Shown here in pieces: positions 41,840-53,120 of a DNA stretch of 64,000 bases (the stretch's first letter is position 1; every line of letters starts with the position of its first letter). This stretch comes from an uncultured Campylobacter sp. (lineage in GTDB: Bacteria; Campylobacterota; Campylobacteria; Campylobacterales; Campylobacteraceae), in the NCBI GenBank assembly GCA_963519915.1, contig CAUQPE010000001.1:1191-65190 (forward strand). The letters are read 5' to 3'. The notes under the pieces are model-generated. The model ran no database searches, was not told where the DNA came from, and saw only the letters and a list, made by a program, of their open reading frames with translations. The position numbers and the translations under genes were made by a program.

Positions 41840-42172
41840 ATGAGCAAATCAATTATTAAATTCGTAAGATTATCTCCGACTAAAGCCAGACTAATCGCAA
41901 GAGAAGTACAAGGTATGAACGCAGAGTTTGCGCTAGCCAGCCTTAGCTTTATGCCAAACCGCGGCGCCAAATTTATCGCTACGGCTATCAGCTCTGCGGT
42001 AGCTAACGGCGGATTCGAGCCTGAAGAGGTTATCGTAACAAGCTGCCGTGTGGATGCGGGCCCAGTATTAAAAAGATTTAGACCGCGAGCGAGAGGAAGC
42101 GCAAGCAGAATCCGCAAACCGACTTCTCATATCTTAGTAGAAGTATCTAAACCTGAAAAGAAGGAAGCGTAA
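41840..42172 (+). CDS. rplV: 50S ribosomal protein L22
   Basis: [21 protein letters not shown]. Confidence 0.98.
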   Translation: MSKSIIKFVRLSPTKARLIAREVQGMNAEFALASLSFMPNRGAKFIATAISSAVANGGFEPEEVIVTSCRVDAGPVLKRFRPRARGSASRIRKPTSHILVEVSKPEKKEA

Positions 42173-42173
42173 T

Positions 42174-42875
42174 ATGGGTCAGAAAGTAAATCCGATAGGT
42201 CTAAGACTAGGAATAAACCGCAACTGGGAGTCAAGATGGTTTCCTGCTAAAGGAACTTTGGCTGAAAATATCGGCGAAGACTACAAAATTCGCGCTTTCT
42301 TGAAAAAGAAACTTTACTACGCGGGCGTTTCTCAAATTTTGATCGAGAGAACCGCTAAGAAAATCCGCGTAACCGTCGTAGCAGCTCGCCCCGGTATTAT
42401 CATCGGCAAAAAGGGCTCTGACGTAGAGAAGCTTAAAGAGGATATCCAAAAGCTGATCAATAAAGAAGTAAACGTAAATATCAAAGAAGAAAGAAAAGCT
42501 CAAGCTTCGGCTCAGCTAGCTGCGGAAAACGTAGCTATGCAGCTTGAAAAACGCGTTGCATTTAGACGCGCAATGAAAAAAGTTATCCAAGGCGCTCAAA
42601 AATCAGGCGCTAAAGGTATCAAAATTTCAGTTGCTGGACGTCTTGGCGGTGCGGAAATCGCTAGAACAGAGTGGTACTTAGAGGGTCGCGTTCCGCTTCA
42701 TACTCTAAGAGCTAAGATCGATTACGGCGTTGCTGAAGCGCATACGACTTATGGAAACATAGGTATAAAAGTGTGGATATTTAAAGGCGAGGTTCTTCAA
42801 AAAGGCGTTCAACCTGAAAAGAACGAAGAAGAAAAAGCCGATAAAAAACCGCGCAGAGCAAGAAGAGGTAAATAA
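42174..42875 (+). CDS. rpsC: 30S ribosomal protein S3
   Basis: [13 protein letters not shown]...[13 protein letters not shown]. Confidence 0.99.
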   Translation: MGQKVNPIGLRLGINRNWESRWFPAKGTLAENIGEDYKIRAFLKKKLYYAGVSQILIERTAKKIRVTVVAARPGIIIGKKGSDVEKLKEDIQKLINKEVNVNIKEERKAQASAQLAAENVAMQLEKRVAFRRAMKKVIQGAQKSGAKGIKISVAGRLGGAEIARTEWYLEGRVPLHTLRAKIDYGVAEAHTTYGNIGIKVWIFKGEVLQKGVQPEKNEEEKADKKPRRARRGK

Positions 42876-42877
42876 TC

Positions 42878-43303
42878 ATGTTGATGCCAAAACGAACTAA
42901 ATTTCGCAAACAGATGAAAGGCAGAAACCGCGGTAAAGCTACTCGCGGCGCTGATCTTGCTATGGGCGAGATCGGAATAAAAGCCGTAGAAGCAGGCCGC
43001 GTAAATTCGCGCCAGATCGAAGCGGCTCGTGTGGCTCTAACTCGCCACGTAAAACGCCAGGCTAAAACTTGGATCAGAGTTTTCCCAGATAAGCCGCTAA
43101 CCAAAAAACCTCTACAAACTCGTATGGGTAAAGGTAAAGCCGGAGTCGAAGAGTGGGTTATGAACATAAAACCAGGTCGTATAATAGTCGAAATGGCGGG
43201 CGTAGATGAGGAATTGGCGCGTGAAGCTCTAACTCTAGCGATCCACAAACTTCCGTTTAAGACTAAAATCGTAACGCGAGAGAGTGAAAATGAAATATAC
43301 TGA
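42878..43303 (+). CDS. rplP: 50S ribosomal protein L16
   Basis: [11 protein letters not shown]...RMGKGK. Confidence 0.99.
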   Translation: MLMPKRTKFRKQMKGRNRGKATRGADLAMGEIGIKAVEAGRVNSRQIEAARVALTRHVKRQAKTWIRVFPDKPLTKKPLQTRMGKGKAGVEEWVMNIKPGRIIVEMAGVDEELAREALTLAIHKLPFKTKIVTRESENEIY

Positions 43304-43475
43304 TATTAAAGACAAAAGCGTTGCAGAACTTAACGCGTTATTGAAAGAGAAAAAGGTGCTTTTATTTACTTTAAGACAAAAGCTAAAAACTATGCAGCTA
43401 AGCAACCCTAACGAGATTAGCGCCGTCCGCAAGGAAATAGCGCAAATCAACACTGCAATTAGCGCTTCAAAGTAA
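43290..43475 (+). CDS. rpmC: 50S ribosomal protein L29
   Basis: LFTLR...[16 protein letters not shown]. Confidence 0.96.
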   Translation: MKYTDIKDKSVAELNALLKEKKVLLFTLRQKLKTMQLSNPNEISAVRKEIAQINTAISASK

Positions 43476-43485
43476 GGGGTGAGAA

Positions 43486-43737
43486 ATGGCATTAAAAAGA
43501 GAAATTCAAGGTGTCGTTTTACAAAAGGCCGGCGATAAGACGGCTACGATTTTGGTTGAGAGACGCGTTATGCACCCAAGATACCACAAATTCGTAAAAC
43601 GCTTTAAAAAATATATGATTCACGACGAAAAGAACGAAACTAAAGCGGGCGATACGGTCGTAGCTATCGAATGCAGACCGCTAAGCGCGAGAAAATCTTT
43701 CCGCTTAAAGACTATTTTAGCGACGGGGGTTGAGTAA
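43486..43737 (+). CDS. rpsQ: 30S ribosomal protein S17
   Basis: DKT...HPRY.K...HDE.N....GD.V...ECRPLS. Confidence 0.98.
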   Translation: MALKREIQGVVLQKAGDKTATILVERRVMHPRYHKFVKRFKKYMIHDEKNETKAGDTVVAIECRPLSARKSFRLKTILATGVE

Positions 43738-44105
43738 TGATACAATCTTTTACGAGGCTTACGGTCGCCGATAATAGCGGCGCGAAAGAGCTAATGTGTA
43801 TTAAAGTTTTGGGCGGCAGCAAGAGAAGATACGCGACGCTTGGCGACGTTATCATCTGCTCGGTCAAAAAGGCGCTTCCAAACGGTAAGATAAAAAAAGG
43901 TCAAGTGGTAAAAGCGGTCGTCGTTAGAACTAAAAAAGAGGTTCAAAGAGACAACGGCTCGCTAATCCGCTTCGACGAAAACGCAGCCGTCATCCTAGAT
44001 AACAAACGCGAGCCTATCGGTACTCGTATCTTTGGACCGGTCGGCCGTGAGGTTAGATATGCTAACTTTATGAAAATCGTTTCGCTTGCTCCGGAGGTGT
44101 TATAA
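43737..44105 (+). CDS. rplN: 50S ribosomal protein L14
   Basis: VADNSGAK...GTRIFGPV...SLAPEVL. Confidence 0.99.
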   Translation: MIQSFTRLTVADNSGAKELMCIKVLGGSKRRYATLGDVIICSVKKALPNGKIKKGQVVKAVVVRTKKEVQRDNGSLIRFDENAAVILDNKREPIGTRIFGPVGREVRYANFMKIVSLAPEVL

Positions 44106-44341
44106 TGGCTAACGTTAAATTTAAAGTAAAAAAAGGCGATACCGTTAAGATCATCGCAGGCGACGACAAAGGTAAAACAGGTAAAATTTTATCCGTCCTA
44201 GCCAAAAAAGGACAAGTCATCGTCGAGGGCTGCAAGGTAGCTAAAAAAGCTATAAAACCTAGCGAAAAGACCCCAAACGGCGGCTTTATCAATAAAGAGA
44301 TGCCTATTGATATCTCAAATGTTGCAAAAGTTGAGGGCTGA
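44105..44341 (+). CDS. rplX: 50S ribosomal protein L24
   Basis: KOW motif [17 protein letters not shown]. Confidence 0.98.
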   Translation: MANVKFKVKKGDTVKIIAGDDKGKTGKILSVLAKKGQVIVEGCKVAKKAIKPSEKTPNGGFINKEMPIDISNVAKVEG

Positions 44342-44343
44342 AA

Positions 44344-44889
44344 ATGAATAGATTAAAAGCTAAATACAATGAGGTCGTAAAGCCTGCTTTGGCTAAAGAA
44401 TTCGACATCAAAAATCCTATGCTAATCCCTGCGATCGAAAAGATCGTGATAAGCGTAGGCGCTGGCGAATCGGCTAAAGATCAAAAGCAACTTCAAAACA
44501 TCGCCGATACTATTTCGCTAATCGCAGGACAAAAAGCCGTAGTTACCGATGCTAAAAAATCGGTCGCGGGCTTTAAAGTGCGCGAGGGATTTCCTGTCGG
44601 CGTAAAAGTAACGCTTAGAAAAGAGAATATGTTTGCGTTTTTAGACAAACTAATCTCTATTGCTCTACCGAGAGTTAAAGACTTTAGAGGTCTTCCAAAA
44701 GACGGCTTTGACGGACGCGGAAACTACAACTTCGGCCTTGACGAGCAGCTAATGTTCCCAGAGGTCGAGTACGATAAGATTTTACGCACTCATGGTATGA
44801 ATATAGTTATAGTCACGACGACAAACAGCGACAAAGAGGCATTCAAATTGCTTGAGCTATTTGGTTTGCCGTTTGCGAAAGGAAAGTAA
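44344..44889 (+). CDS. rplE: 50S ribosomal protein L5
   Basis: LPRVKDFRG...FDGRGNY. Confidence 0.99.
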   Translation: MNRLKAKYNEVVKPALAKEFDIKNPMLIPAIEKIVISVGAGESAKDQKQLQNIADTISLIAGQKAVVTDAKKSVAGFKVREGFPVGVKVTLRKENMFAFLDKLISIALPRVKDFRGLPKDGFDGRGNYNFGLDEQLMFPEVEYDKILRTHGMNIVIVTTTNSDKEAFKLLELFGLPFAKGK

Positions 44890-44890
44890 T

Positions 44891-45076
44891 ATGGCGAAAA
44901 AATCAATGATAGCAAAGGCTGCCAGAAAGCCTAAATTTACGGTTCGCGGCTATACGAGATGCCAAATTTGCGGACGTCCGCATTCGGTTTATAAAGATTT
45001 TGGAATTTGCCGCGTATGCCTAAGAAAAATGGCTAACGAGGGACTAATCCCGGGTCTAAAAAAAGCAAGCTGGTAA
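44891..45076 (+). CDS. rpsN: 30S ribosomal protein S14 (zinc-binding, type Z)
   Basis: MAKKSM...RCQICGRP...CRVC...KASW, 61 aa. Confidence 0.97.
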   Translation: MAKKSMIAKAARKPKFTVRGYTRCQICGRPHSVYKDFGICRVCLRKMANEGLIPGLKKASW

Positions 45077-45085
45077 GGAAGAGAA

Positions 45086-45481
45086 ATGTTAAACGACTTA
45101 ATTTCAGACGGACTAACTCGCATTAGAAACGCCGCAATGAGAAGACTTGAAACTACAAAGCTTCTTCATTCAAACGTCGTCGAGGCTACTTTATCTATCC
45201 TTGCGGCTAAAGGCTATATTGAGAGCTACAACGTCGTAGAAGAAGATAAAAAGAAATTTATAAACGTAGTTCTAAAATACGACGAGCACGGCAGAAGCGT
45301 GATTAACGAGCTTAAGCGCGTATCAAGCCCGGGCCGCCGCGTTTATAAGGGAAAAGACGAGATCAAGAGATTTAAAAACGGCTACGGAACGATCATCGTT
45401 AGCACCAGCAAGGGCGTTTTAAGCAACGAAGACGCTCACAAAGCTGGCGTAGGCGGGGAAATCCTCTGCTCTGTGTGGTAA
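45086..45481 (+). CDS. rpsH: 30S ribosomal protein S8
   Basis: D.LTRIRNA...SSPGRRVY...STSKG...GGE. Confidence 0.99.
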   Translation: MLNDLISDGLTRIRNAAMRRLETTKLLHSNVVEATLSILAAKGYIESYNVVEEDKKKFINVVLKYDEHGRSVINELKRVSSPGRRVYKGKDEIKRFKNGYGTIIVSTSKGVLSNEDAHKAGVGGEILCSVW

Positions 45482-45865
45482 TTGTCTAAAACGCTACGTG
45501 GTAGCGTTTTAGATTACTTTGAAATGAAATTTGACTAGGCATCTTTTTGTAGTTTATAAAATTTACGAAAAATTTTCGCCGTCAAATTTATAAAATTTAA
45601 AAACGGAAGTTCAAATTTAAAAAGTTTCCTAAATTTAGCTCGGCTTGTAAATTTACCCAAATTTGGCAAAGCTAAATTTAAAAACAACGATGTCAAATTT
45701 GATGTTAAATTTTTGGAAAGTAACTCCAAAAAACAAGTCGAATTTGACGAGAAAATTAAAGTGTTTGAGGCGGTTTTTATCGCTTCGATTCATTTCTATT
45801 TTTATGGTATTGCGGTATCCATTCGTAAAAGTAGACATACCCTAGACAAGTAAAAAAGGAAAAAA

Positions 45866-46402
45866 ATGTCACGTATAGGAAAACAGCCGATAGCTATTCC
45901 AGGCGGAGTAGAGGTCAGCGTAGAAGGTAACGTCCTTAAATTTAAAAAAGGCGCTCATTTAAAAGAGCTTGACACAAAAGGGCACGTAGACGTTAAAGTC
46001 GAAGATGCTCACATAGTATTTTCTCCAAAGAGCGACGAGAGACAAGATAGAGCCTACTGGGGCACTTATAGAGCGCTTGCAAACAATATCGTCATCGGCA
46101 TCACAAAAGGTTTTGTTCGCCAGCTTGAGATAAACGGCGTCGGTTACAAAGCCGCTGCTAAAGGCCAAGTACTTGAGCTTACTTTAGGATTTTCTCATCC
46201 GATAAATCACGAAGTGCCAAAAGGCGTCGAAATCAGCGTAGAGAAAAACATCATAACTATCAAAGGCGACGATAAGCAAGTGGTAGGCCAGATCGCAGCT
46301 CAAGTCAGGGCGTATAGACCGCCTGAACCGTATAAGGGTAAAGGCGTTAAATACGTAGAAGAGCGCATCATCCGCAAAGCCGGTAAGACATCTAAGAAGT
46401 AA
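45866..46402 (+). CDS. rplF: 50S ribosomal protein L6
   Basis: MSRIGKQPI...[13 protein letters not shown]. Confidence 0.99.
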   Translation: MSRIGKQPIAIPGGVEVSVEGNVLKFKKGAHLKELDTKGHVDVKVEDAHIVFSPKSDERQDRAYWGTYRALANNIVIGITKGFVRQLEINGVGYKAAAKGQVLELTLGFSHPINHEVPKGVEISVEKNIITIKGDDKQVVGQIAAQVRAYRPPEPYKGKGVKYVEERIIRKAGKTSKK

Positions 46403-46412
46403 GGGATAGATA

Positions 46413-46769
46413 ATGACAGCAAATGTATTAAAAAGAAAACTCGCTCTTAGAATCAAGAGAAAAAGAAGAATCAGAGCCAAAATTTCTGGCACTGCGGTAT
46501 TGCCTAGAATTTCTATCTTCAAATCAAACAGAACTCTTTACGTCCAAGCTATCGACGACGTAGCAGCCGTAACTCTAGCGGCGGTAGACGGTAGAAAACT
46601 AGGCGTAAAAGCAAACAAAGAAGGCGCCGTAACTTTGGCTAAAGAATTTGCAAAAACTCTAAAAGCTAAAAAAATAGAAACGGCATTATTCGACAGAAAC
46701 GGCTATTTGTATCACGGTGTTATAGCGGCTTTTGCGGACGCATTACGTGAAAACGGTATCAAACTATAA
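46413..46769 (+). CDS. rplR: 50S ribosomal protein L18
   Basis: PRISIFKSN...[10 protein letters not shown]. Confidence 0.98.
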   Translation: MTANVLKRKLALRIKRKRRIRAKISGTAVLPRISIFKSNRTLYVQAIDDVAAVTLAAVDGRKLGVKANKEGAVTLAKEFAKTLKAKKIETALFDRNGYLYHGVIAAFADALRENGIKL

Positions 46770-46780
46770 GGAAAATCGCT

Positions 46781-47224
46781 ATGGAAAAATATAACAGAGA
46801 AGAATTCGAAGAAGTAATGGTTGATATCGGCCGCGTTACAAAGGTCGTAAAAGGCGGTCGTAGATTTAGATTTACGGCTCTTGTCGTAGTAGGAAACAGA
46901 AACGGCCTAGTAGGCTTTGGCTTCGGTAAAGCAAAAGAGGTTCCGGACGCTATGAGAAAAGCCGTCGACGACGCGTTTAAAAACATCATCGAGGTAAAAA
47001 GAAAAGGCTCGACTATACCTCACGACGTAGAGGTTAAATTTAACGCTAGCCGCGTTTTACTTCGCCCTGCTAGCGAAGGTACGGGCGTGATCGCGGGCGG
47101 TAGCGCTCGTCCTATTCTAGAGCTTGCGGGCATCAAGGACATCCTAACAAAATCGCTTGGCTCAAACAACTCGGCAAACGTCGTTCGCGCTACTTTAAAA
47201 GCGCTAAGCATGCTTAAAGGCTAA
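46781..47224 (+). CDS. rpsE: 30S ribosomal protein S5
   Basis: [14 protein letters not shown]...GTGVIAGG. Confidence 0.99.
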   Translation: MEKYNREEFEEVMVDIGRVTKVVKGGRRFRFTALVVVGNRNGLVGFGFGKAKEVPDAMRKAVDDAFKNIIEVKRKGSTIPHDVEVKFNASRVLLRPASEGTGVIAGGSARPILELAGIKDILTKSLGSNNSANVVRATLKALSMLKG

Positions 47225-47233
47225 GGAGAAGAT

Positions 47234-47635
47234 ATGGGACTAGAAAATTTAAAACCTGCCGAGGGCTCGACTAGACAAATCAAAAGACTAGGTCGCGGTC
47301 AAGGTAGCGGTCAAGGTAAAACCGCGGGCAAAGGACACAAAGGTCAAAGAGCTAGAAAAGGCTACAACGAGAAAAGAGGCTTCGAGGGCGGTCAGCAGCC
47401 GCTTCAAAGACGCCTTCCGAAAGTAGGCTTCGCTTCTAAATTTGAAAAACCTTACGTAATCAACGTAGAAAAAATCGTTGCGGTAAAAGAGCTAAGCGAG
47501 ATCACTATCGCTACTATCGCTACCGTACATAAAATTTCAAGCAGCGTCAAGAAAATCAAATTGATCGGAGTGAGCGCGAAAGATTTGGCTTCGAAAATCA
47601 AAGACGAGAACGTAACCGTTAGCGGACGTGCGTAA
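47234..47635 (+). CDS. rplO: 50S ribosomal protein L15
   Basis: [19 protein letters not shown]...GFEGGQ.PL.RRLPK. Confidence 0.98.
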   Translation: MGLENLKPAEGSTRQIKRLGRGQGSGQGKTAGKGHKGQRARKGYNEKRGFEGGQQPLQRRLPKVGFASKFEKPYVINVEKIVAVKELSEITIATIATVHKISSSVKKIKLIGVSAKDLASKIKDENVTVSGRA

Positions 47636-48897
47636 TGAATAAGACATTGACCAACAAGATTTTAATCACGTTGGCATTTTTATTTGCTTACAGGATACTG
47701 GCATACGTGCCGGTTCCTGGCGTAAACGTCAATGTTATTAAAGAGTTTTTCGATTCGAATTCCGCAAACGCGCTTGGACTATTTAATATGTTCAGCGGTA
47801 AGGCGGCAGAGCGCCTCAGCATCATCTCTCTAGGCATTATGCCATACATCACAGCATCGATTATTATGGAGCTTTTAGCGGCTACTTTCCCAAATTTGGG
47901 CAAGATGAAAAAAGACCGCGACGGCATGCAAAAATATATGCAGATTATCCGTTATGCCACTATCGGTATCACGCTTGTTCAAGCAGTTGGTGTTAGTATG
48001 GGGCTTCAGAGTCTTCACGGTAGAGGCGGAGAGGACGCAATAATGATAGATATGAATTTATTTATCGCGATTGCGGCAGCTTCGATGCTAACAGGAACTA
48101 TGCTTTTGATGTGGATAGGCGAGCAGATCACTCAGCGAGGTATCGGCAACGGCATCAGCCTTATTATCTTCGCTGGTATCGTTAGCGGCATACCTTCAGC
48201 CATCGGCGGAACGGTAAATTTGGTAAATACGGGCGAGATGAACTTCCTCGTGGTTATCGGAATTTTGCTTGTTATCTTGGTCACGGTAGGCATAGTTATC
48301 TACGTCGAGATGGGCGAGAGACGCGTACCGGTGAGCTATTCGCGTAAGGTAGTGATGGAAAATCAAAACAAACGCATCATGAACTATATACCTATTAAGG
48401 TAAATTTAAGCGGCGTTATTCCTCCGATTTTCGCCAGTGCGATTTTGATGTTCCCAAGCACCATTTTGCAGGCCAGTACAAATCCTTACATCCAAGCTAT
48501 TCACGATTTTTTAAATCCAAATAGCTATTTTTTCAACTTTTTAACATTCTTGCTGGTTGTATTTTTTGCATATTTTTACGCTTCGATCGCGTTTAACGCA
48601 AAAGATATCAGCGAAAATTTAAAAAGACAGGGCGGATTTATCCCGGGTATTAGACCGGGCGAGGGCACTGCAGGCTATCTAAACGAAGTCGCATCGAGGC
48701 TAACTTTTAGCGGAGCGATTTATCTTGGACTTATCTCGACTCTGCCTTGGGTGCTCGTTAAATTTATGGGCGTTCCGTTTTATTTCGGCGGTACGTCGGT
48801 ACTGATCGTAGTTTCTGTCGCGCTTGATACGATGCGAAGGATAGAAGCTCAAATTTATATGAATAAATATCAAACTCTAAGTGCGGTAGGCTTGTAA
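47635..48897 (+). CDS. secY: Preprotein translocase subunit SecY
   Basis: LGIMPYITASII, GIGNGISLIIF, FIPGIRPG and GGTSVLIVV.V..DT motifs. Confidence 0.99.
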   Translation: MNKTLTNKILITLAFLFAYRILAYVPVPGVNVNVIKEFFDSNSANALGLFNMFSGKAAERLSIISLGIMPYITASIIMELLAATFPNLGKMKKDRDGMQKYMQIIRYATIGITLVQAVGVSMGLQSLHGRGGEDAIMIDMNLFIAIAAASMLTGTMLLMWIGEQITQRGIGNGISLIIFAGIVSGIPSAIGGTVNLVNTGEMNFLVVIGILLVILVTVGIVIYVEMGERRVPVSYSRKVVMENQNKRIMNYIPIKVNLSGVIPPIFASAILMFPSTILQASTNPYIQAIHDFLNPNSYFFNFLTFLLVVFFAYFYASIAFNAKDISENLKRQGGFIPGIRPGEGTAGYLNEVASRLTFSGAIYLGLISTLPWVLVKFMGVPFYFGGTSVLIVVSVALDTMRRIEAQIYMNKYQTLSAVGL

Positions 48898-49655
48898 TGG
48901 CTATAACCATCATGCAGCCAAACGACATAGAGAAGATGCGAGCGGCGAATAAAATCGTCGCTCAAACCCTCGACTACGTAGAAAGCGTGATCAAGCCCGG
49001 CATCTCACTGCTCGAAATAGATAAAATTTGCGAGGATATGATAAGGTCCGCAGGCGCAAAGCCGGCATTTAAGGGGCTTTACGGCTTTCCAAACGCCGCT
49101 TGTATCAGCGTAAACGAAGTAGTCATCCACGGAATCCCGAACGAATACAAACTACAAGAAGGCGACATCGTAAGCGTCGATATCGGCTCAAATTTGAACG
49201 GATACTTCGGCGATTCGGCTAGAACTTGGGGCGTGGGTCAAATTTCGCGCGAAGACGAAAAGCTGATCGCTTGCGCCAAAGATGCGTTATATTTTGCGAT
49301 AGATACCGTAAAAGCAGGAATGCACTTTAAAGAGCTTAGTTTTGAAATCGAGAAATTTATAAGAGCTCGCGGATTCGTTCCGTTAACGGGATTTTGCGGT
49401 CACGGCATCGGTAGACGCCCACACGAAGATCCGCAAATTTTAAATTATTTAGAGGGCGGTAGCCCAAAATCAGGACCTAAAATTAAAAACGGAATGGTAT
49501 TTTGCGTGGAGCCGATGATCTGCCAAAAAGATGGCACTCCGGTGATCGGTCACGACAAATGGAAAGTAACTAGCAAAGACGGGCTAAGAACCAGCCACTA
49601 CGAGCACTGCATGGCAGTCGTAAACGGACGTGCGGAGATCTTAAGTCTAGCGTAA
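48897..49655 (+). CDS. map: Methionine aminopeptidase type I
   Basis: CISVNEVVIHGIP, GHGIG...HEDP, EPM and HYEH motifs. Confidence 0.98.
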   Translation: MAITIMQPNDIEKMRAANKIVAQTLDYVESVIKPGISLLEIDKICEDMIRSAGAKPAFKGLYGFPNAACISVNEVVIHGIPNEYKLQEGDIVSVDIGSNLNGYFGDSARTWGVGQISREDEKLIACAKDALYFAIDTVKAGMHFKELSFEIEKFIRARGFVPLTGFCGHGIGRRPHEDPQILNYLEGGSPKSGPKIKNGMVFCVEPMICQKDGTPVIGHDKWKVTSKDGLRTSHYEHCMAVVNGRAEILSLA

Positions 49656-49780
49656 AATTTTAAAATTTACAAATCGTTTGCGCGACTTGTAAATTTTAAA
49701 ATTTTAATTTGTGGTGAGTTAAAATTTTAAATCCAAATTTCCGCCCAGCGGCGAAAGTAAATTTAACAAAAAGGAGTTAA

Positions 49781-49999
49781 GTGGCAAAAGACGACGTCAT
49801 AGAGATCGACGGCAACGTCATCGAGGCGCTGCCAAATGCGACGTTTAAGGTCGAGCTCGACAACAAACACGTGATTTTGTGTCATATTGCGGGCAAGATG
49901 AGGATGCATTATATAAAAATAATGCCTGGAGACCGCGTAAAGGTGGAACTAACGCCTTACAGTCTGGATAAGGGTAGGATAATTTACCGACATAAGTAA
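49781..49999 (+). CDS. infA: Translation initiation factor IF-1
   Basis: [19 protein letters not shown]...GKMRMHYI. Confidence 0.99.
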   Translation: MAKDDVIEIDGNVIEALPNATFKVELDNKHVILCHIAGKMRMHYIKIMPGDRVKVELTPYSLDKGRIIYRHK

Positions 50000-50155
50000 A
50001 TTAAAAGCTAAATTTGGCTATACTCAGCCCTTTGCGACAAATTGCTGTATGAAGAATTGTTTTCAAAGCCCACCACTTGTTTTGAAAATAGTTGGTTTAA
50101 AATTTCATTAAACCTGATGCAGCCTAAAAGTGGAATAATTTTTTAGGAGACTAGA

Positions 50156-50269
50156 ATGAAAGTTCGTCCTTCTGTAAAGAAGATGTGTGACAAGTGCAAA
50201 ATTGTCAAGCGCCAAGGCGTAGTTCGCATAATCTGCGAAAATCCAAAACATAAACAAAGACAAGGATAA
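50156..50269 (+). CDS. rpmJ: 50S ribosomal protein L36
   Basis: Read manually, below the ORF-track cutoff: [45 protein letters not shown]. Confidence 0.98.
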   Translation: MKVRPSVKKMCDKCKIVKRQGVVRIICENPKHKQRQG

Positions 50270-50272
50270 AGC

Positions 50273-50641
50273 ATGGCACGTATCGCAGGTGTGGATTTAC
50301 CAAAGAAAAAGAGAATCGAATACGGTTTGACCTATATTTACGGTATAGGTCTTCACAAATCTCGTCAAATTTTGGATGCTACCAAAATTTCTTATGACAA
50401 AAGAGTAAACGATCTAACCGAAGACGAAGCCGCGGCTATCCGCAAAGAGATCCAAGAGCATCACGTAGTGGAAGGTGACCTTAGAAAAAGCGTCGCTATG
50501 GACATCAAGGCTCTTATGGACTTAGGAAGCTACCGTGGGTTAAGACACAGAAAAGGTCTTCCGGTGCGCGGTCAAAAGACTAAAACAAACGCTAGAACTA
50601 GAAAAGGCAAGCGCAAAACAGTCGGCGCTGCGACTAAATAA
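50273..50641 (+). CDS. rpsM: 30S ribosomal protein S13
   Basis: [10 protein letters not shown]...[14 protein letters not shown]. Confidence 0.99.
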   Translation: MARIAGVDLPKKKRIEYGLTYIYGIGLHKSRQILDATKISYDKRVNDLTEDEAAAIRKEIQEHHVVEGDLRKSVAMDIKALMDLGSYRGLRHRKGLPVRGQKTKTNARTRKGKRKTVGAATK

Positions 50642-50650
50642 GGATAAGCG

Positions 50651-51043
50651 ATGGCAAAAAGAAAAGTAGTTAAAAAGAAAATTGTAAGAAAAAGTATCGC
50701 TAAAGGTATCGTTTATATAAGCGCGACTTTTAACAACACTATGGTAACGGTTACCGATGAGATGGGAAATGCTATCGCTTGGAGCAGTGCTGGCGGACTA
50801 GGCTTTAAAGGAAGTAAAAAATCAACTCCTTACGCAGCGCAACAAGCAGTAGAAGACGCTCTAACCAAAGCAAAAGAGCACGGTATAAAAGAAGTAGGCA
50901 TCAAAGTACAAGGTCCTGGCAGCGGTAGAGAGACCGCAGTCAAGAGCGTAGGCGCGGTAGAGGGTATAAAAGTAACATTTTTAAAAGATATAACTCCGCT
51001 TCCGCATAATGGTTGCAGACCGCCGAAACGCCGCCGCGTATAA
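50651..51043 (+). CDS. rpsK: 30S ribosomal protein S11
   Basis: TFNNT...KSTPYAA...[13 protein letters not shown]. Confidence 0.99.
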   Translation: MAKRKVVKKKIVRKSIAKGIVYISATFNNTMVTVTDEMGNAIAWSSAGGLGFKGSKKSTPYAAQQAVEDALTKAKEHGIKEVGIKVQGPGSGRETAVKSVGAVEGIKVTFLKDITPLPHNGCRPPKRRRV

Positions 51044-51065
51044 TTAGAAATTTAGGAGAATTATT

Positions 51066-51692
51066 ATGGCTAGATATAGAGGACCCGTTGAAAAATTAGA
51101 AAGAAGACTCGGCGTTAGTTTGGCGCTAAAAGGCGAGCGTCGCTTGGCAGGTAAGAGCGCGCTTGACAAAAGACCTTACGCTCCGGGACAACACGGACAA
51201 AGAAGAAGCAAGATAAGCGAATACGGCTTGCAGCTTCGCGAAAAACAAAAAGCTAAATTTATGTACGGCATTAGCGAAAAGCAATTCCGCCGCTTATTCC
51301 AAGAGGCCGCTCGCCGCGAGGGAAATACCGGTGCGCTTTTGGTGCAGCTTTTAGAGCAAAGATTAGATAACGTAGTTTACAGAATGGGCTTTGCGACGAC
51401 TCGCCGCTTTGCTCGCCAGCTAGTTACTCACGGACATATTTTAGTAAACGGTAAGAGAGTGGATATTCCTTCTTATAGAGTCCAAGCGGGTGCTAAAGTA
51501 GAGGTTATCGAAAAATCTAAAAACAATCCACAAATCGTTCGCGCGATCGACCTTACGGCACAAACCGGCATCGTAGCTTGGGTTGACGTCGAAAAAGATA
51601 AAAAATTCGGAATTTTCACAAGAACTCCGGAAAGGGAAGAAGTCGTCATTCCTGTCGAGGAAAGATTCATAGTAGAGCTTTATTCGAAATAA
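51066..51692 (+). CDS. rpsD: 30S ribosomal protein S4
   Basis: [13 protein letters not shown]...[10 protein letters not shown]. Confidence 0.99.
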   Translation: MARYRGPVEKLERRLGVSLALKGERRLAGKSALDKRPYAPGQHGQRRSKISEYGLQLREKQKAKFMYGISEKQFRRLFQEAARREGNTGALLVQLLEQRLDNVVYRMGFATTRRFARQLVTHGHILVNGKRVDIPSYRVQAGAKVEVIEKSKNNPQIVRAIDLTAQTGIVAWVDVEKDKKFGIFTRTPEREEVVIPVEERFIVELYSK

Positions 51693-51706
51693 TAAGGGGT
51701 ATAACG

Positions 51707-52720
51707 ATGAGAAAAATTACCACATCAGCTTATATGCCTACCGAAATTTCAGTAGAGAGTATAAGCGAGAATGTCGCCAGAATAACCGCGTATCCGTTTG
51801 AGACGGGTTATGCTGTTACTTTGGCTCATCCGCTAAGACGACTTTTATATAGCAGCACGGTTGGATTTGCGGCTACGGGCGTCAAGATAGAGGGCGTATC
51901 TCACGAATTTGATTCGATGAGAGGTATGCTCGAGGACGTAGCGCAGTTTATTATAAATTTAAAAAATATCCGCTTTAAGCTAAAAAACGAGTCTGAGCGC
52001 GAGGTGGTTGAGTATTCGTTTAAGGGTCCAAAAGAGATAAAAGCCGGCGATCTAAAAAGCGATGTCGTAGATGTCGTAAATCCAGACGCTTATCTTGCAA
52101 CCATAAACGAGGACGCGGAGCTTAAATTTTCCGTAATCATCCAAAAAGGTATCGGATACGTCCCAAGTGAAGAGATAAGAGATAACACCGAAGAGGGTTA
52201 TATAGCTCTTGACGCGTTCTTTACGCCTGTTAAAAAAGCAGTTTACGAGCTAGTAAATGTTCTAGTCGAGGACAATCCCGACTATGAGAAGATTATTTTC
52301 ACGGTTACGACGGACGGACAAGTGGGCGCGATCGAGGCGTTTAAACATGCGATTGAGGCGATGTATCAGCAGATGTCGGTGTTTAAAGGCGTTTTAAATA
52401 TCGACGTTTCGGCAGGTCTAAACGCTCAAACTTCTGGCAGCGAGCATGCGAAGTTGCTTCAAAGTGTAGAAGAGTTAAATTTGAGCGCCAGAAGCTTTAA
52501 CTGCCTTGATAAAGCCGAGATTAGATTTATCGGCGAGCTTGCTTTGATGGATGAAAACGAGCTAAAAGAGCTTAAAAATTTAGGTAAAAAATCTCTAGAA
52601 GAGATTAAGGCCGTTATGCAAGAGATCGGATATCCGGTCGGCGACGACCTAGGTGGCGGCAAAGATCAACTCAAGAAAAAAATCGCCGACCTAAAATCAC
52701 AAATGAGTGCAAAAGAGTAA
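51707..52720 (+). CDS. rpoA: RNA polymerase alpha subunit
   Basis: [10 protein letters not shown]...HEF and alpha-[12 protein letters not shown]...NLGKKSL.EI. Confidence 0.98.
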   Translation: MRKITTSAYMPTEISVESISENVARITAYPFETGYAVTLAHPLRRLLYSSTVGFAATGVKIEGVSHEFDSMRGMLEDVAQFIINLKNIRFKLKNESEREVVEYSFKGPKEIKAGDLKSDVVDVVNPDAYLATINEDAELKFSVIIQKGIGYVPSEEIRDNTEEGYIALDAFFTPVKKAVYELVNVLVEDNPDYEKIIFTVTTDGQVGAIEAFKHAIEAMYQQMSVFKGVLNIDVSAGLNAQTSGSEHAKLLQSVEELNLSARSFNCLDKAEIRFIGELALMDENELKELKNLGKKSLEEIKAVMQEIGYPVGDDLGGGKDQLKKKIADLKSQMSAKE

Positions 52721-52731
52721 AAGGAACATAA

Positions 52732-53088
52732 ATGAGACACGGTCACGGATACAGAAAACTAGGTAGGACGTCGGCTCACCGCTCGGCTCTACTTAAAAAC
52801 TTAGCTATCGCTATCATCAAAAGCGAAAAGATAGAGACGACCTTGCCTAAGGCAAAAGAGTTAAGAAGCTATATCGAAAAGCTAATCACTAGAGCAAGAA
52901 AAGGCGACAGCAACGCTCACAGAGCGGTTTTCGCTAGCTTGCAGGATAAAGAAACTACGAATAAGCTAGTAGCTGAGCTTGCTCCAAAATTCGTAGGTAA
53001 AAACGGCGGATATACGCGTATCGTTAAGACTCGCGTTCGCCGAGGCGATGCTGCTGAGATGGCTTATATCGAGCTAATCAAAGAATAA
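52732..53088 (+). CDS. rplQ: 50S ribosomal protein L17
   Basis: MRHG...KLGRTSAHR...GGYTRI...RRGDAA. Confidence 0.99.
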   Translation: MRHGHGYRKLGRTSAHRSALLKNLAIAIIKSEKIETTLPKAKELRSYIEKLITRARKGDSNAHRAVFASLQDKETTNKLVAELAPKFVGKNGGYTRIVKTRVRRGDAAEMAYIELIKE

Positions 53089-53093
53089 TTTTT

Positions 53094-53120
53094 AGAGAGC
53101 TTCGGCTCTCTTTTCTTTTT
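53094..53120 (+). terminator. Rho-independent terminator of the alpha operon
   Basis: AGAGAGC-TTCG-GCTCTCT followed by a T-rich tail. Confidence 0.9.

Noticed and set aside
45535..45845. Three ~60-aa ORFs in the rpsH-rplF gap
   Set aside because: Overlapping, low-complexity translations of AAATTT-rich filler with no SD or recognisable motifs.
47224..48897. Absence of rpmD (L30) and adk from the spc cluster
   Set aside because: As far as I recall this is the normal arrangement in Campylobacterota, not a novelty.
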